Assembly (NCBI GenBank): GCA_040217195.1
Contig: JAVJNR010000008.1
Span: 320,001 to 384,000 of the forward strand
DNA: 64,000 nt
Source of the DNA: Leptospiraceae bacterium
Lineage (GTDB): Bacteria > Spirochaetota > Leptospiria > Leptospirales > Leptonemataceae
Reading direction: 5' to 3'
Shown here: positions 19,999 to 30,598 of the stretch, piece by piece
How the letters are laid out: the number at the start of each line of letters is the position of its first letter
Numbering within the stretch: the stretch's first letter is position 1
Position numbers and translations under genes: made by a program
The notes under the pieces: generated by a model
What the model saw: only the letters and a program-made list of their open reading frames with translations
The model's database searches: none
Told to the model about the DNA's origin: nothing

Positions 19999-20955
19999 AT
20001 GAGCCTTGAAGTAACGAACCTGATAAAAACCTACAAGAAGCAATTCACAACCAAGCCACCACTTACTGCTGTGGATGATATTAGCTTCCGGATCAATCCC
20101 GGCGAAATCTATTCCTTGCTCGGCCCCAATGGAGCAGGAAAGTCCACTACCATAAAGATGATTGCCGGGCTGGTCCTAGCCACCTCCGGAGAGATCAAAA
20201 TTGCCGGAAAAACTGGACGGGGCCCCAGTTATCAGAAGCTGAGCGCCATACTTGAGGGTACCAGAAATGTTTACTGGCGATTAACGCCTCTGGAAAATCT
20301 GCATTACTTTGCCAACCTGCGGGGAGTGCCTTCCAGCCTTGTGAAGGAAAAAGCTCCCCGATTACTGGAAGAGCTGAATATCGACGCCAAAAAGAAAAAT
20401 CAGTCCCAGCATCTTTCCCGTGGTATGCTACAGAAATTGGCACTTGCAGCAGCGCTAATCACTGATCCAGAAGTTCTATTACTGGATGAACCCACCCTGG
20501 GCCTGGACGTTGAAAGCGGCCGAAAGATTAAGGATATGATCCTTCGGATGGCCCGCGAAGAAGGAAGGACCATCTTACTTACAACTCATCAAATGGACCT
20601 GGTAGAAGAAATCGCAGACAGGGTGGGCATTATCAACCATGGAAAACTAATCCAGGAAGGTACTCTGCCAGAGCTTCGCGCTGTGTTCAAGAGCCACATC
20701 TACAGACTGAGAATTAAGGGTGAGATAGACTGGGATGTAAAATGGAAGGACCGCGGTCTTCAGCTAATGCAGAAGCAAAATGATGTAAACCTCTATGAAC
20801 TGGATCTGAAGGATAGCCATGGAGTCTCCGAGCTATTGTCCTATTTATCCCAGAAGCAAACTCAGGATTCCTCCCTGGAAATTCTTTCCTGCCATCGAGT
20901 AACGGATGAGCTGGAAGAGATTTTCCTTCGAGTGCTCAGACCGGAGCAGAATTAA
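19999..20955 (+). CDS. ABC-2 type exporter ATP-binding protein
   Basis: GPNGAGKST, LSRGMLQK, LLLDEPTLGLD and TTH motifs. Confidence 0.95.
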   Translation: MSLEVTNLIKTYKKQFTTKPPLTAVDDISFRINPGEIYSLLGPNGAGKSTTIKMIAGLVLATSGEIKIAGKTGRGPSYQKLSAILEGTRNVYWRLTPLENLHYFANLRGVPSSLVKEKAPRLLEELNIDAKKKNQSQHLSRGMLQKLALAAALITDPEVLLLDEPTLGLDVESGRKIKDMILRMAREEGRTILLTTHQMDLVEEIADRVGIINHGKLIQEGTLPELRAVFKSHIYRLRIKGEIDWDVKWKDRGLQLMQKQNDVNLYELDLKDSHGVSELLSYLSQKQTQDSSLEILSCHRVTDELEEIFLRVLRPEQN

Positions 20956-21033
20956 CATTCCCTTTGGCCAGACGTCAGGTCTGGCATTGGCAGTAAATTA
21001 TACCGAAATACCTACCATGGATACCAGCTTTAT

Positions 21034-21858
21034 ATGAAGATGATTAGAGAATTCGCATTGATAGTGAAAGCAGAGTTCAAGAGAGATCTGCTCTTTATGT
21101 ATAGATATCCTCTGGAGATTCTATCGTTTCTGTTTTTCATGTATTTGATTTTGATGGCCATTCTTCTGGGTCTTTCCGAGCTAATGCCCAAAGGGCATGG
21201 ATTATCCGGAGCGGATAGTCCCATAGATCGAGAAACTATGATTCTGGGGTATTGCCTGATGCAGTTTGTTCTGGCCACACAGATGGGATGGTCCGGCCAG
21301 ATACAGAATGAAAGTCAGACTGGAACACTGGAGCAGCTGAGTATTTCCGGTCATTCCCTGGCCGGAGTGCTGCTGGCCCGGGGCATATCGCAGCAGCCCA
21401 GACAAATTCTCAGCTTCTTTCTTCTTCTTGGTGCCTATTTCCTGAGCATACCCGACACAGGTATAGAGCCGGGAAGAGCTCCCCTGGTTATTCTTGTACT
21501 GAGCATTACTGCCTTTGGCGTCTATGGAGTGGCCTATCTATTTGCAGGACTGACTCTAATTTTCAAACGAGTGGGTTTCTTTTTCCAGATCATTAACTTT
21601 GCCTTTCTGGGTCTGTTCTGGCAAAATCGTAGCAGCATGGCCGATGGCTCCTGGTCTGCCTTCCTTTACGATGCCTTTCCTCTTACCAGGGGAATGACCA
21701 TGTTGCGAGAGGCTGTGGTCCCTGGTGGCAATGAACTGGGACTGGAATCGTTTTTACAATTCGCTGCTATTTGTCTAATGTTTGCATTCGTAGGCTACTG
21801 GCTTTTTCGCTGGATGGAAAATAAGGCCAGGATGCAGGCTCTACTATCTCAGTATTAG
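21034..21858 (+). CDS. ABC-2 type exporter permease
   Basis: About 6 TM segments and the E-x3-GTLEQL motif; lies directly downstream of the ATPase. Confidence 0.88.
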   Translation: MKMIREFALIVKAEFKRDLLFMYRYPLEILSFLFFMYLILMAILLGLSELMPKGHGLSGADSPIDRETMILGYCLMQFVLATQMGWSGQIQNESQTGTLEQLSISGHSLAGVLLARGISQQPRQILSFFLLLGAYFLSIPDTGIEPGRAPLVILVLSITAFGVYGVAYLFAGLTLIFKRVGFFFQIINFAFLGLFWQNRSSMADGSWSAFLYDAFPLTRGMTMLREAVVPGGNELGLESFLQFAAICLMFAFVGYWLFRWMENKARMQALLSQY

Positions 21859-22120
21859 AATGGTTCCCCTTCCGTATTAGAGGGATTCGCAAAGGAAGCC
21901 GGGAAATGGAAAACTCCTGTCACCGGCATACTCCAGAGTACCGAGCCTATTCAGTCTTCCGGCGCAACAGAACCATTCTGTGGCCAATTTCGAGCAGACC
22001 AGAAAGGTGTCCAGGAATGCGAAATCCCGTGACACCTTTTTCGGAGTCTGGCAAATCCAGAAATAATTTTTTCCTTGTTCAACTCATTCCTGACGTCTAT
22101 TTCATATACCGGTAGACCCC

Positions 22121-23464
22121 ATGTCAGACGTCAGCAAAAGAAGAACAGGTAAGTATCCTCAAAGAATTCTCATCGTCGAGGATGATCCGATTACCGGACG
22201 AGTTCTGGAATCCATCCTGGAGAGATCACACTATGAATTTCGAATAGTGCCCACGGCCGAAGAAGCTATGGTTGCCATCGACAATTCTTTCTTTCCTGTA
22301 ATTGTAGTAGATCTCCATCTTCCGGACAGCAGTGGCCAGGATTTGATTCAGCAGCTCAATGAGCAGCCCGTGCCTCCTATTATTCTGGTTCATACCGTAG
22401 AGCAGGACCGGGAAAGAATCATTGAAACCATGAAATTGGGTATCTACGATTATTTGATCAAACCGGTGAGCGAAGGAGATCTATTCAATCGCCTGGAAAA
22501 ATCCCTGGAAGTCTTTGAGCTACGGCAGATGCAAAGAGATCTGGAAAAGGAAAGGGAAATCCGAGTAAGAAAGCAGCTCAGCTGGAATCTCTGGAAAGAA
22601 ACATTGATCTTTCGCAATGGAGATCGCTTTGATCAGTCTTTGTTTGGTAACCTTCATACAATCGTTTCCCAGGGCCGCGGATTTGGCATGCTTGTGAGCA
22701 TGGTTCGAGATATGCAAATGATGGGTCAACAAACCGACGATGGACTACTGATTCCTGATGCCCTGGTCAATATGCTGATAGAGAATTCGCACAGCGCTGA
22801 ACAGGCAATCCGGCGATTTCAATCCATCAACACTATCCTGCGAACTCCACCAGAACTTCAGCCCTTAACCGTTGCGGAATTCTATGATGAAGTAGAATTC
22901 ATTCTGGATGATATGAAGGAAATGGCAGCTCTCAAGAATCAAAGTTTTGCACTGAGCTCGGGTGGTAAGGATGAGAAGGATCGCTATGTTCTGATTGAGA
23001 GAGACACCCTTAGAGAAGCCATCCAGGAAATAATGATCAATGCTATGAAGTTTTCCAGAGAGGGCAGTTCCATTCTGATATTATTCAAGCCTCTGGTGGA
23101 AACCCTGGAATTCTCAATTGTATCGGAGCCAACGGAAAACCATGGAGTGGTGGGGATTCCCGAGCAGTATGAAACAGCCATTTTTGAACCATTTTACAGA
23201 GTGGGCCGAACAGTGGATGAGCGTTTCGCAACCCTGGATTACGGACTGGGACTTACCTTCGCAGATAAAATCGTTCGAAAGCATGGCGGTAGAATTCGAG
23301 CATTCAACGTAAAGGATCATTTAAATCTGGAGAGAGGTGGTCAGGTTCGAGTGAATGTACAGACTGAAATACCTCTAATCAGCGAAAAGGATCTGGCCCA
23401 GGTTAATCTGCAGGACCCGGCCAGGACAATCATCCAGCCCAGGGTGCCGGCCGGACCTGTATAA
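22121..23464 (+). CDS. Hybrid response regulator/histidine kinase (REC plus HATPase)
   Basis: ILIVEDD, VVDLHLPD, YLIKP; N-box INAMKFS; GIP...IFEPFYR; GLGL. Confidence 0.85.
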   Translation: MSDVSKRRTGKYPQRILIVEDDPITGRVLESILERSHYEFRIVPTAEEAMVAIDNSFFPVIVVDLHLPDSSGQDLIQQLNEQPVPPIILVHTVEQDRERIIETMKLGIYDYLIKPVSEGDLFNRLEKSLEVFELRQMQRDLEKEREIRVRKQLSWNLWKETLIFRNGDRFDQSLFGNLHTIVSQGRGFGMLVSMVRDMQMMGQQTDDGLLIPDALVNMLIENSHSAEQAIRRFQSINTILRTPPELQPLTVAEFYDEVEFILDDMKEMAALKNQSFALSSGGKDEKDRYVLIERDTLREAIQEIMINAMKFSREGSSILILFKPLVETLEFSIVSEPTENHGVVGIPEQYETAIFEPFYRVGRTVDERFATLDYGLGLTFADKIVRKHGGRIRAFNVKDHLNLERGGQVRVNVQTEIPLISEKDLAQVNLQDPARTIIQPRVPAGPV

Positions 23465-23497
23465 ATTGAAGTAGATCTCAGTAGCTGCTCCGGAACA

Positions 23498-23872
23498 CTA
23501 ACCCGGGAGACCTTGTTCAATCTCCTGGTTTAGAGCTTCGCTCAGGCGATCGTAGGCCGGTCTGAGCTTTTGTATTTCTGCCGCAAGGCCTTCGGAATCT
23601 TCAGCCCTTGCGGCTGCCATAATTCTCTGGCACCGATCTCCTAACTCCGTGCCTCCTATGTAGAGAGCACTTCCTTTCAACCTGTGTACCGCTTTGTAAA
23701 GTCCCTCAAAGTCCTTGCTTGCCAGCGCCTCCGAGGCGGTGTCCAGCAGCGCCGGGGAGTCCTGAAAAAATAGTTCTCCCAGTTCTGCCACCAGGTCCTT
23801 CTTGCCCGGTCGATTGAGGGATCGGAGCTTTTCGATTGTTTCTGGATCCAGGACCGGTTTGTTCTCTGACAT
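23498..23872 (-). CDS. Hpt domain phosphotransfer protein
   Basis: LDPETIEKL...FFQDSP...VHRLKGSALYIG Hpt signature. Confidence 0.9.
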   Translation of the reverse strand: MSENKPVLDPETIEKLRSLNRPGKKDLVAELGELFFQDSPALLDTASEALASKDFEGLYKAVHRLKGSALYIGGTELGDRCQRIMAAARAEDSEGLAAEIQKLRPAYDRLSEALNQEIEQGLPG

Positions 23873-24056
23873 GTTACAAAGGTGCAACTGGTTTCCGGTG
23901 ATGCAATAATGTTTTCACCTGCGCCAGTTGCGCCCACCATACAGGGATGGAATGAGCGATTGCTTTTTTTGGATCCGCCAGAAGCATTTCCGGGGAAGCC
24001 TTTTTTTGACTGAATTATCGGTTGTCTGAGAAATGGTCGCATTCGAGCCTGGATGT

Positions 24057-24455
24057 ATGTCCACAATCTTTTCCAGGATTATAGCAGGCGAAATTCCCTG
24101 CCACAAGGTTGCGGAGGATGAGAACCATCTGGCCTTTCTGGACGTAAACCCTGTGAAGAAGGGCCATGTCCTGGCAATTCCCAAAAAGCCCATAGACTAC
24201 CTGTTTGATATGCCTGAAAGCGAATACACCGCATTGAATAATTTTGCGCGAAAGGTGGGTATTGGACTTAAACGAGCCATCCCATGCAAACGCATCGGCA
24301 CGGCGGTAGTGGGACTGGAAGTACCCCATGTACATATTCATTTGATTCCGCTGGATAGTATACAGGATATTTCCTTCACTTCGCCTAGATTGAAGTTCAG
24401 CACAGAAGAATATGAACAAATCGCCCGGGACATTAGCAAGGAAGTGCAACTTTGA
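24057..24455 (+). CDS. HIT family hydrolase
   Basis: TIFSRIIAGEIP, AFLDVNP, GHVLAIPK and HVHIHLIP motifs. Confidence 0.95.
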   Translation: MSTIFSRIIAGEIPCHKVAEDENHLAFLDVNPVKKGHVLAIPKKPIDYLFDMPESEYTALNNFARKVGIGLKRAIPCKRIGTAVVGLEVPHVHIHLIPLDSIQDISFTSPRLKFSTEEYEQIARDISKEVQL

Positions 24456-25339
24456 AACTGCAAAAATACATAGAAGAACGAATTCAGAGTCAGAAACGAC
24501 CTCTGTACATGCCATACATCACCTGCGGGGATCCGGACTTTCAGCATACAGTGGATTACGCCGTTGCACTCATTGATGGAGGTGCCGATATCCTGGAACT
24601 TGGAATTCCATTTTCCGATCCCACCGCCGATGGGCCGGTAATCCAGCAGGCCATGGTGCGAGCCATGGCCAGACCGGACTTTAGCATCGATAATGTACTG
24701 CAGGCAGCTTTCGACATTCATCAGAAACGACCGAATGTACCCATCGTTTTACTGGGTTATCTGAATCCAATATTGAGCCATTTCTTTGCCGAGCTGGATC
24801 CAGAAAATGAGAGAAAGGCGGATCCAGTACTGGACCCAGGCAGTGGCTGCCATCGAAGCATTGAGCGATTTCTGAACCGAGCCCAGGAGTGCGGAGTGCA
24901 GGGGCTGGTTATTCCGGATCTTCCCTTTGACAGTCCGGAAGCGGAGCTTTTCAGAAACCATCCCGGAGATGTTGCACTTATTAACATGATCGCCCCTAAC
25001 ACCGCTTCCAGGCGGGAAAAGGCAATCTGTAGCCAGGCCCGGGGATTTATCTACTATGTAAGTAGCCTGGGTACCACCGGAGAGAGAAAAGATCTTCCAT
25101 CTGAAACAGCAGAAAAGGTCCGCCAATTAAAGAATGATTCCGGAATTCCACTGTTCGTCGGATTTGGCATTAGCCAGCCAGACCAGGCCCGGGAACTGGC
25201 CTCCCATGTAGATGGAATCATTGTCGGAAGCTTGAATCAGAGAATTATCGATGAAAATCCCGAACACGCTGCGGACAGGTTAAGGGAAACTACAGCAGGA
25301 TTCATCTCTGCCATAGAGCCATCTCAGACCCTGGCCTGA
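24452..25339 (+). CDS. trpA: Tryptophan synthase alpha chain
   Basis: YITCGDP, ELGIPFSDPTADGPVIQ, GFIYYVSSLGTTG, VGFGIS and DGIIVGS motifs. Confidence 0.95.
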   Translation: MKLQKYIEERIQSQKRPLYMPYITCGDPDFQHTVDYAVALIDGGADILELGIPFSDPTADGPVIQQAMVRAMARPDFSIDNVLQAAFDIHQKRPNVPIVLLGYLNPILSHFFAELDPENERKADPVLDPGSGCHRSIERFLNRAQECGVQGLVIPDLPFDSPEAELFRNHPGDVALINMIAPNTASRREKAICSQARGFIYYVSSLGTTGERKDLPSETAEKVRQLKNDSGIPLFVGFGISQPDQARELASHVDGIIVGSLNQRIIDENPEHAADRLRETTAGFISAIEPSQTLA

Positions 25340-25418
25340 TTGCGCAATACAGCCTCGAAACCGGGGCCGCCCTCGAAAAACACTTGTAAGTCCCGGGCAG
25401 TCCATCATTCACTTTCTC

Positions 25419-28133
25419 ATGCGCAAATTCGGTCTCATTCTGTTGCTCGCGGCGGCCGCACTTTTTATATTTCTGCCCATCGCCCTGGGCTCCGCTCTAT
25501 TATTTGAGTGGGATTCCATGGTAATCTTTCTTCGGCTCTTCCGGGAGCTATTTTTTACCCTGGTTCCTGGCCTGATTGTAGCCGGCCTATTTCTGCTCTT
25601 TTTTGACCGGATTATGGACTACACGGAGTCCCACTCCTGGGCTGTGTATATCTGGCTGGGATTGCTCTTTCTGGGATCCTTCTGGTATTTCATGGCCTAT
25701 ACGGCTGCTCCGGACTCTGTATTTATTCAGGTAGAAAATATAGTTCCTGGAGATGATCTATTTTCGCCTGACCTTCAGGTATTCTCTCTCTATGGCGCAC
25801 TTACGATAATAGTCGTAGCCGGTATTTTTCTTCTCCGTTCCGTGAAGGACCTGAGATGGGACACGCTCAAATCCGGCGCACTGCTTCTGGGCTTCTTAAT
25901 TTCTCTTGGTTTTAGTTTCTTACTACATCGGGTACCTTTGATCGGCCAGATGGAAGATCAGGCCATTGGAATGCGCTATTCCTGGATGCGAGATCCCCAT
26001 TCCCAGTTCTATGGAGATACAGGAGAGAGATACTGCCAGCCACCTCTCACTGCAGAAGAGCAGGCCCAGGAGGATCGGGAACGATCCAATGAGCAGGGCA
26101 CCCGATCGCTTACACCTCCTCCGGATGGAATTCGAAGTGATATAGTAATCCTTGGCCTGGACAATACTACAATTGAGCGCTTGAAAGGAAAATGGCCCCT
26201 TAACTGGGAAGTTTACGGAAATCTAATTAGCCTTTCGGATAATGCGGAAGAAGCAATCCTGCTATTTGACATTAGCTTTATTGATGAGAAGGGAGTGTTC
26301 GGAGGCGAAGACTGTGGAACCAAACTTCGGTGCGAACCGCTGGGTGGCAATCGCATGGTACCTCAATCGGAAGCACTGGCCCAGGCCGCGGAGAATTCCA
26401 GGATAGATGTACTTTCTGACTTTCCGTTCGAAGTTGCGGCCAAGACGATGGATGACATTCCAGACATCCAGGAGCGTACAGATATAATTAGCAGCAAGTT
26501 CAGAATCGAACGAGTTGAAAACGTAGAATACGGCAAGCCCTGGGGAAAATTGATGCATCCTCCGTATCCCGATCTACTTCGACATCTGGATGGAGCCGGG
26601 TATGCGAATATTCTAAAGCACTCCTCCGGTATGAACTTCCAGATGCCCGTTGTGGCCATCTACGATAATCCGTTCAACAAGCGAAAAGAGGTTTATCCTG
26701 GTATTGACCTGGTTGCAGCAGCAGAGTACTACGGAGTAGATATTCGAAAGGATGTTTCTGTAGATTTTTTGAAGGGTGAAGTTCGCATTGAGAATATTCC
26801 GGAAGGCGATTCGGCCATGGTCAACATGGAGACGTTTGAGGCGGTACCCAAAATGGCCCGACCTAACCCGGAGCGAACTGTAGTTATTCCCATCGATAGT
26901 ACAGGCCAGATGCTCATCAACTTCAGAGGCGGTCGCTATTGCTTCAAGAGCTATAGTCTTCTGGATTTCATGGACCGGTCAGAAACCAACGAAAACTTTA
27001 TCCAGAATTTTGATAAGAACATAATGCTTGTGGCCATGTATTATGCAACCGGTGTGGGAACAGCGAAGGACATACACCTTTCTCCCTATGGCGATATGGC
27101 CGGTATTGAACACCATGCCCATGCTCTAAATACGATTCTCAACCAGGACTTTGCTCGTAGAGTCTCTCCTGGAACCGATCTTCTCATTCTAGTTGCCATT
27201 GGATTGCTGATGGGTCTCTATCAGCCCCGGGTTCCTACCTGGGCAAGCTTTGCAGCCGCACTCTTGCTTACCGCACTGTTCGCAATGGCAACTCTTATCT
27301 ATACATTTGGAGAGTTGTCGCTCATCCATGTCTTTCCCACGGCAATCATTCAGATCTTTGCCGTGCTGGTTGGATTCATTGGATTCCGGGCGCTGTCAGA
27401 AGAGGAAAACGTTAAGTTTATTCGAAGCACATTCTCCAAATTCGTTTCCCAGGATGTTGTGGAGGAGCTACTGGCCAATCCAGATACAATTACTCTGGGT
27501 GGATCCAAGAAGGAGCTGACTGTTTTCTTCTCCGATGTTCGAGGCTTTACTACCATCTCAGAAAAACTGGGACCGGAAGAGTTAGTTCAGCTACTGAACG
27601 AGTATTTATCCGAAATGACGGAATTGATCATCGATTACAGAGGTACCATCGATAAATACATGGGTGATGCCATTATGGCCTTCTGGGGAGCACCGGCCAG
27701 AAACGATGATCATGCCTACTATGCCTGTGTGGCTGCCCTTGCTCAGGTCCAGGCTCTTCGACTTCTGCAGGACATGTGGTCGGACAGAAATATTCCTGTG
27801 CTGGACATTGGAATTGGTATTAATACCGGGGCTGCTGTTGTAGGAAATATGGGCTCTAGCCGCCGAATGGATTATACTCTCATGGGGGACACAGTAAACC
27901 TGGGCTCTCGGTTGGAAGGTATTACCAAAACCTACGGCGTCAGAACCTGTATCTCGGAATTCACCTATGAGCGAGTGAAGGATCGAGTCTACGCAAGGGA
28001 GCTTGACCTGGTAAGAGTGAAGGGAAAACTGGAACCTGTAAGGATTTACGAGCTTATGGGGCTGGTAAATCCTGAAGATATAGACAACCTGAAAGTATCT
28101 CGTCAGGCCCAGGCGAAGTCAAAAAATGAGTAA
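25419..28133 (+). CDS. Membrane adenylate cyclase (multi-TM, CHASE2, class III cyclase)
   Basis: DIVILGLD...WP...Y and MAGIEHHAHALNTIL (CHASE2); FFSDVRGFT, IDKYMGDAIMAFW, DYTLMGDTVNLGSRLEG. The Lys/Asp specificity pair indicates ATP. Confidence 0.92.
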   Translation: MRKFGLILLLAAAALFIFLPIALGSALLFEWDSMVIFLRLFRELFFTLVPGLIVAGLFLLFFDRIMDYTESHSWAVYIWLGLLFLGSFWYFMAYTAAPDSVFIQVENIVPGDDLFSPDLQVFSLYGALTIIVVAGIFLLRSVKDLRWDTLKSGALLLGFLISLGFSFLLHRVPLIGQMEDQAIGMRYSWMRDPHSQFYGDTGERYCQPPLTAEEQAQEDRERSNEQGTRSLTPPPDGIRSDIVILGLDNTTIERLKGKWPLNWEVYGNLISLSDNAEEAILLFDISFIDEKGVFGGEDCGTKLRCEPLGGNRMVPQSEALAQAAENSRIDVLSDFPFEVAAKTMDDIPDIQERTDIISSKFRIERVENVEYGKPWGKLMHPPYPDLLRHLDGAGYANILKHSSGMNFQMPVVAIYDNPFNKRKEVYPGIDLVAAAEYYGVDIRKDVSVDFLKGEVRIENIPEGDSAMVNMETFEAVPKMARPNPERTVVIPIDSTGQMLINFRGGRYCFKSYSLLDFMDRSETNENFIQNFDKNIMLVAMYYATGVGTAKDIHLSPYGDMAGIEHHAHALNTILNQDFARRVSPGTDLLILVAIGLLMGLYQPRVPTWASFAAALLLTALFAMATLIYTFGELSLIHVFPTAIIQIFAVLVGFIGFRALSEEENVKFIRSTFSKFVSQDVVEELLANPDTITLGGSKKELTVFFSDVRGFTTISEKLGPEELVQLLNEYLSEMTELIIDYRGTIDKYMGDAIMAFWGAPARNDDHAYYACVAALAQVQALRLLQDMWSDRNIPVLDIGIGINTGAAVVGNMGSSRRMDYTLMGDTVNLGSRLEGITKTYGVRTCISEFTYERVKDRVYARELDLVRVKGKLEPVRIYELMGLVNPEDIDNLKVSRQAQAKSKNE

Positions 28134-30051
28134 TTACCCGCTACTGGATCAGATCAATCTACCGGCCGATCTACGCAAATTTGGCGAAAAAGATCTGCCG
28201 GGGGTTTGCCAGGACGTAAGAGAATATATAATCGACACTCTTTCCGAGGTAGGGGGGCATTTTGCCTCCAACCTGGGCGTGGTGGAGCTCACCGTGGCTC
28301 TGCACTATGTTCTTAAGACGCCTCAGGATAAGCTGATCTGGGATGTGGGTCATCAAATCTATCCGCATAAGGTTTTGACCGGGCGCAAGGATCGACTGCG
28401 CACGGTGAGAAAGCGACATGGACTTTCCGGATTCCCCAAACGCGATGAATCCGAATATGATCTATATAACACTGGTCATGCTGGCACATCCATAAGTCAG
28501 GTACTGGGCGAAGCAGTAGCCCGAGACATTCAAGGATTAACCCATAAATGTGTGGCTGTGATCGGCGATGCCTCCATAGCATCGGGCATGGCTTTTGAAG
28601 CACTGAATCATGGCGGCCACGTAAAGAATGACTGTGTTGTAGTGCTCAACGACAACGATATGAGCATTTCCAGAAACGTAGGTGCTCTAAATCAATACCT
28701 GAATCGAATGCTCATCAGCTCACTCTATAATCGTTGGAGACGGATGTGGTATCGTTTTCTGGTCTGGCTTCCGGTTCTGGGTCCTGCCTTTAGGCTTTTT
28801 TCCCGGCGAATTGAAAGATCCATCAAAGATTTGCTCACCCCGGGCTCCTTATTCGAAGACTTTGGCTTTAGATACATAGGCCCAATCGACGGTCACGATG
28901 TAAATGAACTGGTCCGGGTGCTGCAGCGCACCCTGAAAATGAAAGGCCCCATACTGATTCATGCGCTGACTCAAAAAGGAAAGGGCTATCGACCGGCTGA
29001 AGAAAATCCAATTCGATATCATAGCGTTACTCTTTTCGATAGAAAGGATGGCTCCTTCAAAAAGGCACCGAGCAAGAAAATCGGTTTTAGCGATGTTGTG
29101 GGAAATACACTGCTGGAAATTTTCGAAACAAACAAAAAGGCAGTGGCTGTGACTCCTGCAATGATTGAAGGAAGCGGTCTGCGCAAGCTCTCTGAAACCT
29201 ATCCAGGTCGCGTCCATGACGTGGGAATTGCAGAACAACACTCTGTTTCCTATGCAGGAGCTCTGGCCTCCGGCGGCGCCATTCCCTTCATGTGTATCTA
29301 TTCCACTTTTCTGAACCGAGCTCTGGATCAGCTGATTCAGGATGTGGCTTTGATGAATTTTCCTGTTCGATTTGTTATCGATCGAGGTGGCTGCGTAGGC
29401 CCGGATGGAGAAACCCACCAGGGTCTGTATGATACAGGTATTCTATACACCATGCCCAACATGGCCATCTATGCGCCTGCTACAGGAGCCGAGCTAAAGG
29501 CTTTCTTGAAGTATGCGGAAACCTACGATGAAGGACCTATTGCCGTTCGATTTCCCAAGGCAGCCTGTGATCCGGATTCCGTGGATGAGCCTGTGAACAT
29601 TCTGGATCATGCGCCGGTAGTGCAGGGTCATGGTAAAGATGTGGCTCTCATTGCAGTGGGTGTAATGTGGGAGCAGGCTCTGGAAGCCGAAAAAATCCTG
29701 CGAAACGAACATGGAATACTCTCCACCGTTCTGGGGCTTCGCTGGATTCGACCGCTGGATATCCGGGCCCTGATCAATAGCCTGGAAGAAGTGGACGGAT
29801 TTGTATTTGTTGAAGATGCATACATCCATTGCAGTGCAAGTACGAATCTCCTGGAACAACTGCCGCAGGAAATAAAGGCTAAACATTTGCGTACCTTTGC
29901 ATTCCCTACAGAGTCCATTGATCATGGAACAAGGGAAGAGATAATGGATCAATATGAGCTCAGCGGCGCGAAGATTGCCGATGCAATACGTCAAATGCGC
30001 TACCCGGAAGGAAAAATCATATCGAGGGTTGCAGGAAGTTCCGAAGCATAA
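28126..30051 (+). CDS. dxs: 1-deoxy-D-xylulose-5-phosphate synthase
   Basis: GGHFASNLG, WDVGHQ, GHAGTSIS, DVGIAEQH and GPDGETHQG motifs. Confidence 0.97.
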   Translation: MSNYPLLDQINLPADLRKFGEKDLPGVCQDVREYIIDTLSEVGGHFASNLGVVELTVALHYVLKTPQDKLIWDVGHQIYPHKVLTGRKDRLRTVRKRHGLSGFPKRDESEYDLYNTGHAGTSISQVLGEAVARDIQGLTHKCVAVIGDASIASGMAFEALNHGGHVKNDCVVVLNDNDMSISRNVGALNQYLNRMLISSLYNRWRRMWYRFLVWLPVLGPAFRLFSRRIERSIKDLLTPGSLFEDFGFRYIGPIDGHDVNELVRVLQRTLKMKGPILIHALTQKGKGYRPAEENPIRYHSVTLFDRKDGSFKKAPSKKIGFSDVVGNTLLEIFETNKKAVAVTPAMIEGSGLRKLSETYPGRVHDVGIAEQHSVSYAGALASGGAIPFMCIYSTFLNRALDQLIQDVALMNFPVRFVIDRGGCVGPDGETHQGLYDTGILYTMPNMAIYAPATGAELKAFLKYAETYDEGPIAVRFPKAACDPDSVDEPVNILDHAPVVQGHGKDVALIAVGVMWEQALEAEKILRNEHGILSTVLGLRWIRPLDIRALINSLEEVDGFVFVEDAYIHCSASTNLLEQLPQEIKAKHLRTFAFPTESIDHGTREEIMDQYELSGAKIADAIRQMRYPEGKIISRVAGSSEA

Positions 30052-30067
30052 AGCAAGAAATTGCTTT

Positions 30068-30598
30068 ATGAGAACAGTACACCCAGCATCATTAGAAACC
30101 ATACAACAGGCCATGGACCTGGCAGCTCAGGGAAAGATGGAGCCTGCTGAATATTTTTTGTTAAGAGCCCATGAGATTGATCCGTCATCTTCAGTAGGAT
30201 GCGTCCTCGGATGGTTCTACGCGCAACAAATGAAAGACCAGGCTAAAGGCGACCATTATCTATTCAAAGCTGTACTTCAGGATCGAAGAAATGCAACTTC
30301 GACTCTGGAACTGGCAGTGTATCTATACGAAACTCATCGCCTGGATCGGGCCTGTGCCTGGTTTTATCGATGTCTGCGCTGCCCGGATAAGAAGGTCCAT
30401 CCTGTGGCCCTATATTTTCTGGCCAGAATCTACCAGCAATGGAATCGTCCGGAAAGATCATTGCGCTATTTGAATCTTGCTTTGAAGCTAAAACCGGATT
30501 TTGAAGCGGCCAATCGTTTCCTGAATCGATTGAAAAAGAGCGGCCTTGCAGAAAACTACACCTCGAATGACAGTAATCCCGGACAAATCCGGTTCTGA
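30068..30598 (+). CDS. Tetratricopeptide repeat protein
   Basis: TPR-like helical repeats (ALYFLARIY...A..YLNLALKLKPDF). Confidence 0.75.
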   Translation: MRTVHPASLETIQQAMDLAAQGKMEPAEYFLLRAHEIDPSSSVGCVLGWFYAQQMKDQAKGDHYLFKAVLQDRRNATSTLELAVYLYETHRLDRACAWFYRCLRCPDKKVHPVALYFLARIYQQWNRPERSLRYLNLALKLKPDFEAANRFLNRLKKSGLAENYTSNDSNPGQIRF

